Shown here piece by piece: positions 50,340 through 59,552 of a stretch of 64,000 bases of DNA (positions are counted from its first letter, which is position 1; each line of letters opens with the position of its first letter). The notes under the pieces were generated by a model, which saw only the letters and a program-made list of their open reading frames with translations, was not told where the DNA came from and ran no database searches. Source of the stretch: an uncultured Clostridium sp. (GTDB lineage: Bacteria; Bacillota; Clostridia; TANB77; CAG-508); NCBI GenBank assembly GCA_946411515.1, contig CAMKEH010000006.1:3560-67559 (forward strand). Direction: 5' to 3'. A program made the position numbers and the translations under genes.

Positions 50340-51068
50340 TTATATTATTTCTAATTGTCTTACACTAGATTCATATTCATTGTTTACTATTTTTATATTG
50401 TATACTCCTGGTGTGTCAACATTAAAACTATAATTGTTAGATTCATACCAAGTATCACTATCTGGTTTTTGGTATTTAATCTGCCATTTAGATATATTAC
50501 CGTTATAGTTAATATTACTTATTGTAATTTTATATCTTCCATTCTCTAAATAATCATATTCTACGTCAAAATCAGGCTGTTCTTGTGACGCCTGATATTC
50601 TACATTATATAAACTATCTGGTAATTGATTTAATGTATAATAAGTATTTCCTTCGTATTTTAATCCTTCATAACTTACAACACTTCTTTTTTGTACATTT
50701 ACAAAAAATTCTCCTTCTACACCTTCAATACCTAAATTTTTAATTGTTTCTTGATCATAATATCTATAACCTGCTCGGTTATCAATTTCATTTGCTATTG
50801 CAGCAAACACTTTATCTGCTTGTGTTTGTACAGTTGAAATTTCCTTACCTAATCCATCTATAGTTTCTTCATCATCAGTTCTTTCATCATAAAGTTTATT
50901 TACTTGTGTTTGCATAATTTTCAATTCAGTTGTAAATGCTGCTAATTTTGAAGAATTAACCACCTTTATTCCACTATAAGTAGCTACTGATGCAAGTATA
51001 ATTATAATTATTATAGTTATAACTAATGATATTAAAGTTATTCCTTTAGTATTTTTTATAATTCTCAT
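50340..51068 (-). CDS. Prepilin-type N-terminal domain protein
   Basis: Start at MRIIKNTKGITLISLVITIIIIIILA, followed by a soluble beta-rich domain. Confidence 0.6.
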   Translation of the reverse strand: MRIIKNTKGITLISLVITIIIIIILASVATYSGIKVVNSSKLAAFTTELKIMQTQVNKLYDERTDDEETIDGLGKEISTVQTQADKVFAAIANEIDNRAGYRYYDQETIKNLGIEGVEGEFFVNVQKRSVVSYEGLKYEGNTYYTLNQLPDSLYNVEYQASQEQPDFDVEYDYLENGRYKITISNINYNGNISKWQIKYQKPDSDTWYESNNYSFNVDTPGVYNIKIVNNEYESSVRQLEII

Positions 51069-51180
51069 TTGTTTTCCCCTTTTCACATAAATTTAAATAC
51101 TTAATATTTATATTTAATATTATATCTAAATCATTATATTTTGTAAAGATTTTTATGGTTGTTTTTTGTTAATTTTCAAC

Positions 51181-51209
51181 TTGATATTTTACATAAAATT
51201 TGCTATAAT
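51181..51209 (+). promoter_or_regulatory. Sigma-A-type promoter of cassette 3
   Basis: TTGATA, a 17-nt spacer, then TGcTATAAT. Confidence 0.6.
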
Positions 51210-51239
51210 TGTATCATAAACTATAAAGGAGGTTTAATT

Positions 51240-51383
51240 GTGACTATAAATATCAAGGCGAATACCTCTGATATGACTCTTGATGCTAAAATCGCATTAC
51301 GCGATAAAATCCAGAGAAAATTAGACGAATTAAATGTTGAGATTCGTCATTCAAAGATAGCAAAGCATCATCATCGTAAATAA
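51240..51383 (+). CDS. Hypothetical 47-aa basic protein, compositionally foreign cassette 3
   Basis: GTG start 7 nt after AAAGGAGG. The peptide is VTINIKANTSDMTLDAKIALRDKIQRKLDELNVEIRHSKIAKHHHRK. Confidence 0.45.
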   Translation: MTINIKANTSDMTLDAKIALRDKIQRKLDELNVEIRHSKIAKHHHRK

Positions 51384-51395
51384 CAATAGTTTATA

Positions 51396-51433
51396 AAAGC
51401 AACCGTTACAAAATATAGCGGTTGCTTTACTTT
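51396..51433 (+). terminator. Terminator of cassette 3
   Basis: Perfect 10-bp stem AAAGCAACCG/CGGTTGCTTT with a weak T-tract. Confidence 0.55.
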
Positions 51434-51592
51434 CATTAATATTTCTATTTTTTATAAAAATTTCGAATAGATTGTTTACTTGGCTCCTGTGTTAAAGTTA
51501 TCTACAACTTTTTCAAGACCTTAACGATTGATACAAATATCAATCTGTTTTATTTATATGTAATTTAGCATAAATTTTGTATTTTTACAATA

Positions 51593-51860
51593 CTATTTAT
51601 TAATATTTTTCTCCCAAGCTTTTCTTACTAACTTTAAAGATAAAGTAGATAGCGTAAATCCGTATTACAGGCACTAATGAACTTAAAAATATATTATCAT
51701 AATTTCTTACTATATAAGAATATATAATAACTACAATATAAGTTAATATACATATACAAATTTTTCTTGTTCCACTTGTTTCCCACTTTTTATCTAATTC
51801 AACTCTTTTATTTCTTTGCTTTATTACATTTATTTCTTGTTCAATTTCATTCAAATTCAT
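51593..51860 (-). CDS. Small 2-TM membrane protein, probably carrying a C insertion before a Gly codon
   Basis: ORF 51600-51860 as given. Removing the C in ATA[C]GGA (51662) gives the alternative C-terminus ...VPVIGFTLSTLSLKLVRKAWEKNINK, ending at 51593. Both frames are open, so this call is less secure. Confidence 0.45.
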
Positions 51861-51886
51861 ATTTCTTACTCCTTAAAATTTCTTTA

Positions 51887-53239
51887 TTAATCTGCTTGGG
51901 TTTGTCCATCTTGTTCATTAGATTTTTCCTTATCATTTTGTCTTGCTGATTCTTCCGTTTCTTTTATTACTTCTTCTATTTCTCCTTCTCGTGGTTCAAT
52001 ATCTTCAGCTATTTCATCAGCTGTATAATAATCTTCTTCATAATCATCAGAGTAATAATCCTGATCATCATAATAATCATTATCATAATCATCGTAATCT
52101 CCATTTGCTTCTATATCTAATTCTTCATCAATTTTACGTCTTATACTCTCTATATCAAATAATAAATTATTATTAAAACACTTTAATATACTAATGTTAT
52201 GTATGCGGTTTTCACCCGTTAATAATGTAATTAATTTTAAGTCTTCCTGTGTCATTTCTTTAAAATTGCAACATATTATATTTTGTATTTTGTTAAATGC
52301 ATTTAGCAATTCTTCTTCTGTCATGTTATCTACGTCTATTCCATAGAACAAAAATCTTTCTTTCATTCTCTTTCTTTCTTCTTTTGTTAAAAAATCAATA
52401 TTTCTAACTCCCTCTATCATTCCTTTCTCTTCAAGTTCTTCATAAAGATCAGGATATTTTTCAGCAATTTTTTCAAAATCATCCTTTTCAATATTATTAA
52501 TATCAATTCCTATACCTAAAAGTAGTTTTTCACATTCTTTAAAACAATAATCTTTATAGTAACTAGGGCAATCCATATATTTTTTAATAAGATGGCGCCT
52601 TCCTAACATTAATTCCATAATTTTTCCATCATCAATACGATATAATTCTTCATATAAAGATTCAATCACACAACTAGTAAGCTTTAATATATTATTATTA
52701 TATTCTGGAATACAATATTCCTTAACATAATCTGTATATCTTTGCATTCCCCAATTCAGTATATGTCTAACACTAGCATATCCCTCTTTAAATAAACTTA
52801 ATGATTTTTTATCAACTATAAACTCGCATACTACATCTGAGTTAATTCCAAACTGCTCCAAATCATAAAGGCTGTCAGCAAAAAAGAATGATGGTTTATT
52901 TGCGGAAGAATCACGGTTTGGTTCGTTATAAGCAATTAGATTCTCTCCATTCAAATATTTTTCTAGCTCTTCTAATGACATTCTACGATATAGTTTTACA
53001 TATGATTGAGATACATGTTGTATAGCATCCCCATCTTTTTTCACAGCTTCCATTACTATATCTGGATTTTTTTTTAATTCTTCTGAGGCATATTGTAATG
53101 CATCTCCATCTTTTTTTACTGCTTCTAAAACTATTTCTGGATTACTTCTTATTTCTTCTGATGCATATCTTAAGTCATATTGACCTTTATGTATTTTTTC
53201 CAAAATATCATTTATTTCTTCTCTTGACAACATTTTCAT
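51887..53239 (-). CDS. DUF4116-repeat protein with an acidic Tyr/Asp-rich tail
   Basis: 450 aa with N-terminal repeats ...NPEIVLEAVKKDGDALQYASEELKKNPDIVMEAVKKDGDAIQ... Confidence 0.65.
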   Translation of the reverse strand: MKMLSREEINDILEKIHKGQYDLRYASEEIRSNPEIVLEAVKKDGDALQYASEELKKNPDIVMEAVKKDGDAIQHVSQSYVKLYRRMSLEELEKYLNGENLIAYNEPNRDSSANKPSFFFADSLYDLEQFGINSDVVCEFIVDKKSLSLFKEGYASVRHILNWGMQRYTDYVKEYCIPEYNNNILKLTSCVIESLYEELYRIDDGKIMELMLGRRHLIKKYMDCPSYYKDYCFKECEKLLLGIGIDINNIEKDDFEKIAEKYPDLYEELEEKGMIEGVRNIDFLTKEERKRMKERFLFYGIDVDNMTEEELLNAFNKIQNIICCNFKEMTQEDLKLITLLTGENRIHNISILKCFNNNLLFDIESIRRKIDEELDIEANGDYDDYDNDYYDDQDYYSDDYEEDYYTADEIAEDIEPREGEIEEVIKETEESARQNDKEKSNEQDGQTQAD

Positions 53240-53689
53240 TTATCTTCTAAATACTCCTTTTATTTTTTCTATAATCTTTTGTATAAAACTTTTATTTTGA
53301 ACTGTTGGTAGTTGTGTTTCTTCTTGCTCATTTTCTTGTTTGATTATAGGTTCTTTTTTCTTAAATAAATTATCAGTATTATATTTTTCTCTTTGTTCTT
53401 TTTGATATTTTTCTTCATTAGCCTTTATTTTTTTATTAAATCTTTCTTTTCCTTCTTCATCAGCCAAATATTTTAGATATATTGCACCAAGTAAAGCCTG
53501 TGTTTTTGGTTTTAAATTTAAATCTTTTATTGATTTAGTATAATCAAATTCTGGTTTATATGTTGTCGATCTGTTATTTATTAAAAAATTTATCATGGCT
53601 TTAGGAATTTTTTTAACTTTAATTTTTTCCGTATGTTTTAATATTGCTAAAACTTCTGTTGCTGCTTCACTATATTCTGTGCTTACCAT
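53240..53689 (-). CDS. Hypothetical protein
   Basis: 149-aa ORF abutting the downstream gene. Confidence 0.45.
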   Translation of the reverse strand: MVSTEYSEAATEVLAILKHTEKIKVKKIPKAMINFLINNRSTTYKPEFDYTKSIKDLNLKPKTQALLGAIYLKYLADEEGKERFNKKIKANEEKYQKEQREKYNTDNLFKKKEPIIKQENEQEETQLPTVQNKSFIQKIIEKIKGVFRR

Positions 53690-53820
53690 TTCAAATTTCT
53701 CCTTACTAATAATAAAAATACAATTTCCTATTATAAATTTACCATACTATTTTGTTTTTTTCAATAATATTAAGTTTTGTAATAAAGATTTAACAAAACC
53801 GTAATATTTGTAATATTAAA

Positions 53821-54114
53821 TCAATTACCTGTACAATTATATAAATACATTGCTACCATATTTTGTTCAGTATTATTCATTTCCATTATTTTTGCCATAA
53901 CAAATATTACTTGTGGATATTTTCTCATATTTATATAACTTGTTAAATAATCTTTATCTATCTTTTTTAATTCTTTATCAAACCTGCTATGTATATGTGC
54001 CTTGTTATATTTTAATTTTGTATATGCACTTTCTGACATACAAACTCCAACTCTTAATTTATTTTTAATATCCATTTTATTTATTATTTCTATTACTTTA
54101 TTTACTTTTTCCAT
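53821..54114 (-). CDS. Hypothetical protein
   Basis: 97-aa ORF. Confidence 0.4.
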   Translation of the reverse strand: MEKVNKVIEIINKMDIKNKLRVGVCMSESAYTKLKYNKAHIHSRFDKELKKIDKDYLTSYINMRKYPQVIFVMAKIMEMNNTEQNMVAMYLYNCTGN

Positions 54115-54338
54115 AATTATTAATTCACCTTTATTTTTTATTTTTATTATTCTTATCTTTTAATTTGTTTTCTTTATTTTTTGCTAGTTCATCTTCTGTT
54201 AAAATCCTCTTTAGTGGATTATTTATTAATTCTATTTCATTATCATTAAACACATTTTCTTTATGTAATATTTCTTTATAAAAATCTTTTAGATAAACAA
54301 ATAAGGAATTCCCTTATTGGAACTCCTTATTTGTTTTA

Positions 54339-55172
54339 TTATTCATTATTTTTTACTTTTAATTTAGTATTCTTCTCTTTTTCTAATTGTTTTAAACTCT
54401 TCTTAGGCGTTGGTAAATTTTCTGGCATAGTTCCACCAAGTTCTTTTATTGTTTTTCTTACCTTTGATCCAACATTATAATGTGTTTTATTGGCTTCTTT
54501 TTCAGATTGTATTTTATCCCTTATTAGTTTTTCTTCTGTTTGTGATATTCTGAATAAATTAGCAATTAATTCTGTACTTCCCATATTATCTAATATGTCT
54601 TCTCTATATCTTAAACCTTTTCTTTTAGCTATATCATCAGCAGTTTCTCCATTGTATAATCCTTTATATCCGCTATTATGAAATTTATCAAAATTTTTTA
54701 CACCTGCATTTTTTGCAGCTTGATTTAGTGAATAATTACCTTTTCTTGTTAAATTTCTTTGGTAAAATCTCTTTTCATCTTCTGATAACATACTATATTC
54801 TTTTTCACTTATTTCTTGTTTTCTGGTTTGAACTGCAAAATATGTTTGAGCAAGTGCAATTACCTTTTTTCTGCTATCTCCATTCTGTGCTATTAAATAG
54901 CAAGCATAACGTGTTAGTTTATAATCTTTTATTTCTATTTCAGCATTATTAGCACGTTTCGACAACTTACTGACGTCAGTAAAATGTTCAAATACATTTA
55001 TATCACTATTTTCACAAGATATTTTTGCTTTATTAATTGTCTTCTCAAAGTTCTGCCAATTAGAATATTGTAATATCGGCATAAGTTCTCTGGCATACCA
55101 AAATTCAATTCCATTCTCATCAATATGTTTTATTTCTTCAAATGATTTATTATTTTTGTCTATATTTTTCAT
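54339..55172 (-). CDS. DNA-damage-inducible protein D (DinD/BRO-N-like)
   Basis: It reads WYARELMPILQYSNWQNFEKTINKAKISCENS...YKLTRYACYLIAQNGDSRKKVIALAQTYFAVQTR. Start at MKNIDK behind GGAG. Confidence 0.7.
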   Translation of the reverse strand: MKNIDKNNKSFEEIKHIDENGIEFWYARELMPILQYSNWQNFEKTINKAKISCENSDINVFEHFTDVSKLSKRANNAEIEIKDYKLTRYACYLIAQNGDSRKKVIALAQTYFAVQTRKQEISEKEYSMLSEDEKRFYQRNLTRKGNYSLNQAAKNAGVKNFDKFHNSGYKGLYNGETADDIAKRKGLRYREDILDNMGSTELIANLFRISQTEEKLIRDKIQSEKEANKTHYNVGSKVRKTIKELGGTMPENLPTPKKSLKQLEKEKNTKLKVKNNE

Positions 55173-55280
55173 TGATATCATCTCCGTTTCTTAGTTTTTT
55201 ATTTCTTTATTTTTCAAATCTATTATAAAACAATTGTTTGTTTTTGTCAATATTTTTTACTTATTTTTCCATATTTATAC

Positions 55281-55313
55281 AAAAAAATCTGTTCATAAAA
55301 GTTCGAACAGATT
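55281..55313 (-). terminator. Terminator after tRNA-Gln
   Basis: 9-bp stem AATCTGTTC/GAACAGATT, followed on the minus strand by T7. Confidence 0.7.
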
Positions 55314-55319
55314 CGTCAC

Positions 55320-55394
55320 TGGCTGGGGTACTAGGATTCGAACCTAGGAATGTCGGAGTCAGAGTCCGATGCCTTACCGCTTGGCGATACCCCA
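55320..55394 (-). tRNA. tRNA-Gln (anticodon CUG), CCA encoded
   Basis: Minus-strand sequence TGGGGTATCGCCAAGCGGTAAGGCATCGGACTCTGACTCCGACATTCCTAGGTTCGAATCCTAGTACCCCAGCCA folds as a cloverleaf. The anticodon stem is TCGGA/TCCGA and the loop is CTCTGAC. Confidence 0.9.
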
Positions 55395-55504
55395 ATATAA
55401 TTTTCTTAAGTTATATTATCACAATACATAAAAAAAGTCTAGAGTAAAAAATAAAAAGAATTAGATTTTATGTATCATAAAACCTAATTACTTATTTAAA
55501 TTAG

Positions 55505-56026
55505 TTATATATTTAATAAAATAGCTTCGCTTTTTTTGTAATCTGGGCAATACTTTTCAAGCATATTGTAAAATCCTTTTGAATGTGTTTTATATTTTAA
55601 ATGACAATATTGATGTAAAACAACATAATCTATAACTTTTCTTCCATACTTTACTACTTCTGGATTTATTGTTATTTTTTTATCTTTACATATACCTAAT
55701 GTATTAATTTTAGATATTTCATATTCTTCTGGAGCAAATCCTAACATTATTCTTGTTTTTTCCATAGCTCTTTCGATTTCCACATTTGCAATTTGTTCAT
55801 ACATTTTATCAATTGCTAAATCTAAAATTTCTTTACTTTCCATTTTTTTATATCTGTTTGGTAGTGATATTTTTATAGTCTTATTTTCAACATCTAATTC
55901 AGTTATTTTTATATTTTTATAAACTATTTTCACTCTATAATCTATCCCTAATACTGGAACTGGATGTCTTTCAATACTGTTATTTACTAATGCTTTCGTA
56001 TTTATTCTTCTTTTTATAAGATTCAT
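55505..56026 (-). CDS. YgjP-like metallopeptidase (DUF45/M48-related)
   Basis: 173 aa with C-terminal VVLHQYCHLKYKTHSKGFY (HExxH-like H-x2-C-H variant). Confidence 0.65.
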   Translation of the reverse strand: MNLIKRRINTKALVNNSIERHPVPVLGIDYRVKIVYKNIKITELDVENKTIKISLPNRYKKMESKEILDLAIDKMYEQIANVEIERAMEKTRIMLGFAPEEYEISKINTLGICKDKKITINPEVVKYGRKVIDYVVLHQYCHLKYKTHSKGFYNMLEKYCPDYKKSEAILLNI

Positions 56027-56238
56027 TTTATATCACTCCTTATCAAATTTTCGTTCTTCGAATTGTTGTTCGCTTTTCTTGTTCTTATTTTATATTTTAT
56101 TTTTTTATTTGTCAATACCTTTTTAAAAATTTTTTAACTTTTTATTTCTTTTTTTTATTTTTTATAATATAATCTCTTATATAGTATGAATGTAACTACA
56201 TTTATATAGAAAAACTGTATTACGAAAGTGTGATCATT

Positions 56239-57120
56239 ATGAAAAAAATTTTATTTAAAGGTTGCGGAACTGCAATCAGTACACCTTTTGATGAAAATGG
56301 TGTGAATTTTAAAGAATTTGAAAGATTAGTAGAAAATCAAATTCAAAATAAAGTAGACGCTATTATAGTTTGTGGAACAACTGGTGAAGCTTCTACTATG
56401 ACTACTGAAGAAAAATTAGAAACAATAAAATGTGCTGTAAAAATTTCTAATGGAAGAATACCTATTATTGCAGGTACTGGAGGAAATAATACAAAACAAG
56501 TTATTGAATACTCTAAAAAAGTAGAAAATTTAGGTGTTAATGGCCTTTTAATTGTTACACCTTATTACAACAAATGTACACAAAAAGGATTAATTGAGCA
56601 TTATACTGAAATTGCTAAAAACGTTTCTTTACCTATTATTCTTTATAGTGTAGCTAGTAGAACTGGTGTTAATATTGAACCTAAAACATGTTTAGAATTA
56701 TCTAAAATAGAAAATATAGTTGCTATTAAAGAAGCAAGTGGTAACTTATCACAAGTTGCAGAAATTGCTCATTTATGTGGTGATAATTTAAATATCTATT
56801 CTGGAAATGATGACCAAATTGTTCCTGTACTTTCTCTTGGAGGAATTGGTGTTATCTCAGTACTTTCACATGTATTACCAGAATATACACATAATATGGT
56901 TCAAAATTTCTTTGATGGAGATATTAAGGAAGCTACTAAAATGCAATTAGATGCAATACCATTAGTAAAAGCATTATTTAGTGAAGTTAACCCTATTCCA
57001 GTAAAAGAAGCTTTAAATATATTAGGATATAATTATGGAATTCCAAGACTTCCTTTAACAAAATTAAGTGAAGATAAAGAAAATATATTAAGAAATGAAA
57101 TTAAAAAATTTATTAAATAA
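56239..57120 (+). CDS. dapA: 4-hydroxy-tetrahydrodipicolinate synthase
   Basis: It has GTTGEASTMT, the active-site Lys context AIKEASGN, and TPYYNK. Confidence 0.9.
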   Translation: MKKILFKGCGTAISTPFDENGVNFKEFERLVENQIQNKVDAIIVCGTTGEASTMTTEEKLETIKCAVKISNGRIPIIAGTGGNNTKQVIEYSKKVENLGVNGLLIVTPYYNKCTQKGLIEHYTEIAKNVSLPIILYSVASRTGVNIEPKTCLELSKIENIVAIKEASGNLSQVAEIAHLCGDNLNIYSGNDDQIVPVLSLGGIGVISVLSHVLPEYTHNMVQNFFDGDIKEATKMQLDAIPLVKALFSEVNPIPVKEALNILGYNYGIPRLPLTKLSEDKENILRNEIKKFIK

Positions 57121-57167
57121 TAAAATAAATAAATATTAAAACAAACGTTAGAAAGGATATAATAATT

Positions 57168-57929
57168 ATGATAGAAGTAATGGTAAATGGATGTAATGGT
57201 CGAATGGGACAAATTGTTTGTGACTTAGTAAACCAAAATGAAGATTTAGTATTAAAATGTGGTTTTGATAAAAATATTACTGGAGAATTTTCTTTTCCAG
57301 TATATGATAATATTCAAAATATAAAAGAAAAACCTGATGTTATAATAGACTTTTCTATTCCTGTAGCTACTTTTAATATTTTGGAATATGCTGTTTCAAA
57401 CAATATACCTATTGTAATTGCTACAACTGGATTTACATCAGATGAAGAAAAAATTATAGAAGATTACAGTAAAAAAATTCCTATCTTTAAATCTGCTAAT
57501 ATGTCTTATGATATTATGATTATGAAAAAATTAGTTTCTATTCTTGCTCCTCTTTTAAAAGATACAGATATAGAAATAACAGAAACACATCATAATAGAA
57601 AAATAGATAGTCCAAGTGGAACAGCTAAAATGCTTGCAGACACAATAAATAATTCTCTTGGAAATACTTTGCATTGTGAATATAATAGGCATGAAAAAAA
57701 AGAAAAAAGAGATAAAAACGAAATTGGTATGAACTCTATTCGTGGTGGAAATATTGTTGGAGAACATGTTGTTCAATTCTTTGGTGAATTTGATACTTTT
57801 GAAATTAAACATACTTCATATTCTAGAAATGTGTTTGCCGAAGGAGCTATAAAAGCTGCTAAATTTATTGTAAATAAACCTTGTAAACTTTACAACATGG
57901 AAGATATGTTTAGTAAGACAGAATTCTAA
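57168..57929 (+). CDS. dapB: 4-hydroxy-tetrahydrodipicolinate reductase
   Basis: 253 aa with GCNGRMG and ETHHNRKIDSPSGTA. Confidence 0.9.
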   Translation: MIEVMVNGCNGRMGQIVCDLVNQNEDLVLKCGFDKNITGEFSFPVYDNIQNIKEKPDVIIDFSIPVATFNILEYAVSNNIPIVIATTGFTSDEEKIIEDYSKKIPIFKSANMSYDIMIMKKLVSILAPLLKDTDIEITETHHNRKIDSPSGTAKMLADTINNSLGNTLHCEYNRHEKKEKRDKNEIGMNSIRGGNIVGEHVVQFFGEFDTFEIKHTSYSRNVFAEGAIKAAKFIVNKPCKLYNMEDMFSKTEF

Positions 57930-57956
57930 TAAAATTATAATTAATCTTGAAAATAA

Positions 57957-57985
57957 TTGACTTTTATATAAAAACTGTGTATAAT
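57957..57985 (+). promoter_or_regulatory. Promoter of candidate sRNA 2
   Basis: TTGACT, a 17-nt spacer, then TATAAT. Confidence 0.5.
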
Positions 57986-57991
57986 AAATAT

Positions 57992-58078
57992 AGAAAATGA
58001 GAAGCAACAGTTTGTGTTGCCGAAATATGGATTTTAATAAACCATTCTCTCGTCAAAAGCAGAATGGTTTATAATTTT
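57992..58078 (+). ncRNA. Candidate small RNA 2, paralogue of 37178-37257
   Basis: The 5' part GAAAATGAGAAGCAACAGTTTGTGTTGCCGAAATATGGAT aligns with GGAAATGAAAGACCACAATGTGGTTGCCTGATATTGAT of sRNA 1. It ends in a perfect 10-bp hairpin AAACCATTCT/AGAATGGTTT. Confidence 0.35.
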
Positions 58079-58139
58079 ATTTGCTTATAATTATTACCAA
58101 TGTAATAATCAAGGCAATAGCTATGATAGTAATAGTTTG
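58077..58139 (-). pseudogene. Start-less remnant of the hydrophobic mini-ORF (…QTITIIAIALIITLVIIISK*)
   Basis: Its last 18 nt (ATAATTATAAGCAAATAA) are identical to the 3' end of 37263-37373. An in-frame TAA lies just upstream and there is no ATG/GTG. Confidence 0.35.
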
Positions 58140-58160
58140 TTTTTAAAAGAAAGTATTTAA

Positions 58161-58190
58161 AAACTCTAGAAAAATAATTCTCTAGAGTTT
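58161..58190 (-). terminator. Hairpin terminator after rplS
   Basis: Perfect 10-bp stem AAACTCTAGA/TCTAGAGTTT. Confidence 0.55.
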
Positions 58191-58202
58191 TATTTTATAT
58201 AA

Positions 58203-58805
58203 TTATTCAGCTTTTTTATCTTCTTCTTTTTCTGTTTTTGTTTCAGCTTTTTCTTCTTTAACCTCTTCTTTTACTGGTTCTTCTTTAACGTCTTCTACTA
58301 CTTCTTCTTTTACAGTATCTACTGTTTCTTCTACAGTTACTTCTGTAGTTTCTACAGCTGGAGCTTCTTCTGGTGCAACTTCAGTTTTAACCTCTTCAGC
58401 TTCTACAACTGGTTCTTCAGCTAAATCTTCTTTAATAGTAATTTCTCTATCTTCAATTCTTGCTCCTACTTGTTCTTTAGTTTTAGCAGCTTTACCAACT
58501 CTGTCTCTTAAGTAGAATAATCTAGCTCTTCTAGCTTTACCAACTCTTACTAATTCTACTTTTTCAACTAATGGTGAATGTACTAAAAATGTTTTTTCAA
58601 CACCTACTCCATAAGATATTTTTCTTACTGTAAATGTTTTATTTACTCCTCCACCTTGTACTTTTATAATAATTCCTTCAAATACTTGGATTCTTTCTTT
58701 GTTTCCTTCTTTTATTCTTACGTGTACTTTTACTGTATTACCAACTTTTAATTCTGGTATTTTATTTTTTAATTGTTCGTGTTCAATAGATTTTATAATA
58801 TCCAT
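58203..58805 (-). CDS. rplS: 50S ribosomal protein L19 with a ~85-aa acidic C-terminal extension
   Basis: The first ~115 aa are canonical L19 (…[27 protein letters not shown]…). The ORF then continues E/V/K/T-rich to 200 aa. Confidence 0.9.
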   Translation of the reverse strand: MDIIKSIEHEQLKNKIPELKVGNTVKVHVRIKEGNKERIQVFEGIIIKVQGGGVNKTFTVRKISYGVGVEKTFLVHSPLVEKVELVRVGKARRARLFYLRDRVGKAAKTKEQVGARIEDREITIKEDLAEEPVVEAEEVKTEVAPEEAPAVETTEVTVEETVDTVKEEVVEDVKEEPVKEEVKEEKAETKTEKEEDKKAE

Positions 58806-58860
58806 TTTAGAATTTCCTCCTTACTTTTATTTACGAGCGGTGCACTTATTTGCACTTCAT

Positions 58861-59536
58861 TTATTTAATTTTACCTTCTATTAAATCAGGTCTTTTCTTT
58901 TTAGTTATTTCTAAAGATTTTTCTTTTCTCCATTTATCTATATTTTGATGATTTCCTGAAAGCAATACTTCTGGAACTCTTTCTCCTTCAAATACTTCAG
59001 GTCTTGTATATTGTGGATATTCTAAAAGTCCATCTGAAAAACTTTCTTCTTTAATAGATCCTTCAGCTATAACTCCTTTTACATATCTACTTACACTATC
59101 TATTAACACCATTGCAGGAACTTCTCCTCCAGTTAATACATAATCTCCAATAGATATTTCTTCATCCACAATTTTATCAATCACTCTTTGGTCAATGCCT
59201 TCATAATGACCACAAAGTATGATTAAATGTTCTTCTTTAGATAACTCTTCTACTTTTTTCTGGTCTAATTTATTTCCTTGTGGTGACATATATATAACTT
59301 TTGCATTATCAGCTTTTAGTGATTTAAAAGCTCTATATACAACATCTGGCATCAATACCATTCCGATTACCACCACCATATGGAGTATCATCTACTTTTT
59401 TATGTTTGTTATTTGAAAAATCTCTAATATTTACTAAATTAATATCTATTAGTTCTTTTTCTACAGCTCTTCCGATAATGCTTTCATTTAAAACTTCAAA
59501 CATTTCAGGAAAAAGTGTTAAAACATCAAATTTCAT
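58861..59536 (-). pseudogene. trmD: tRNA (guanine37-N1)-methyltransferase TrmD, frame broken by one C insertion
   Basis: ORF pieces 59333-59536 and 58861-59391. The break is AAT[C]GGA (59365) inside [15 protein letters not shown]. Confidence 0.9.
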
Positions 59537-59552
59537 TTTATTCCTCCATATT

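Noticed and set aside
55238-55447. 69-aa plus-strand ORF.
   Set aside because: It overlaps the minus-strand tRNA-Gln (55320-55394). Its apparently higher GC is simply the tRNA.
56027-56229. Expected a lysine riboswitch upstream of dapA, and a T-box or L-box upstream of lysS (50035-50339).
   Set aside because: Reading both leaders, I found none of the conserved cores (no AGAGGNGC…GGGAG-type L-box helices, no T-box AGGGUGGNACCGCG). They are plain AT-rich DNA.
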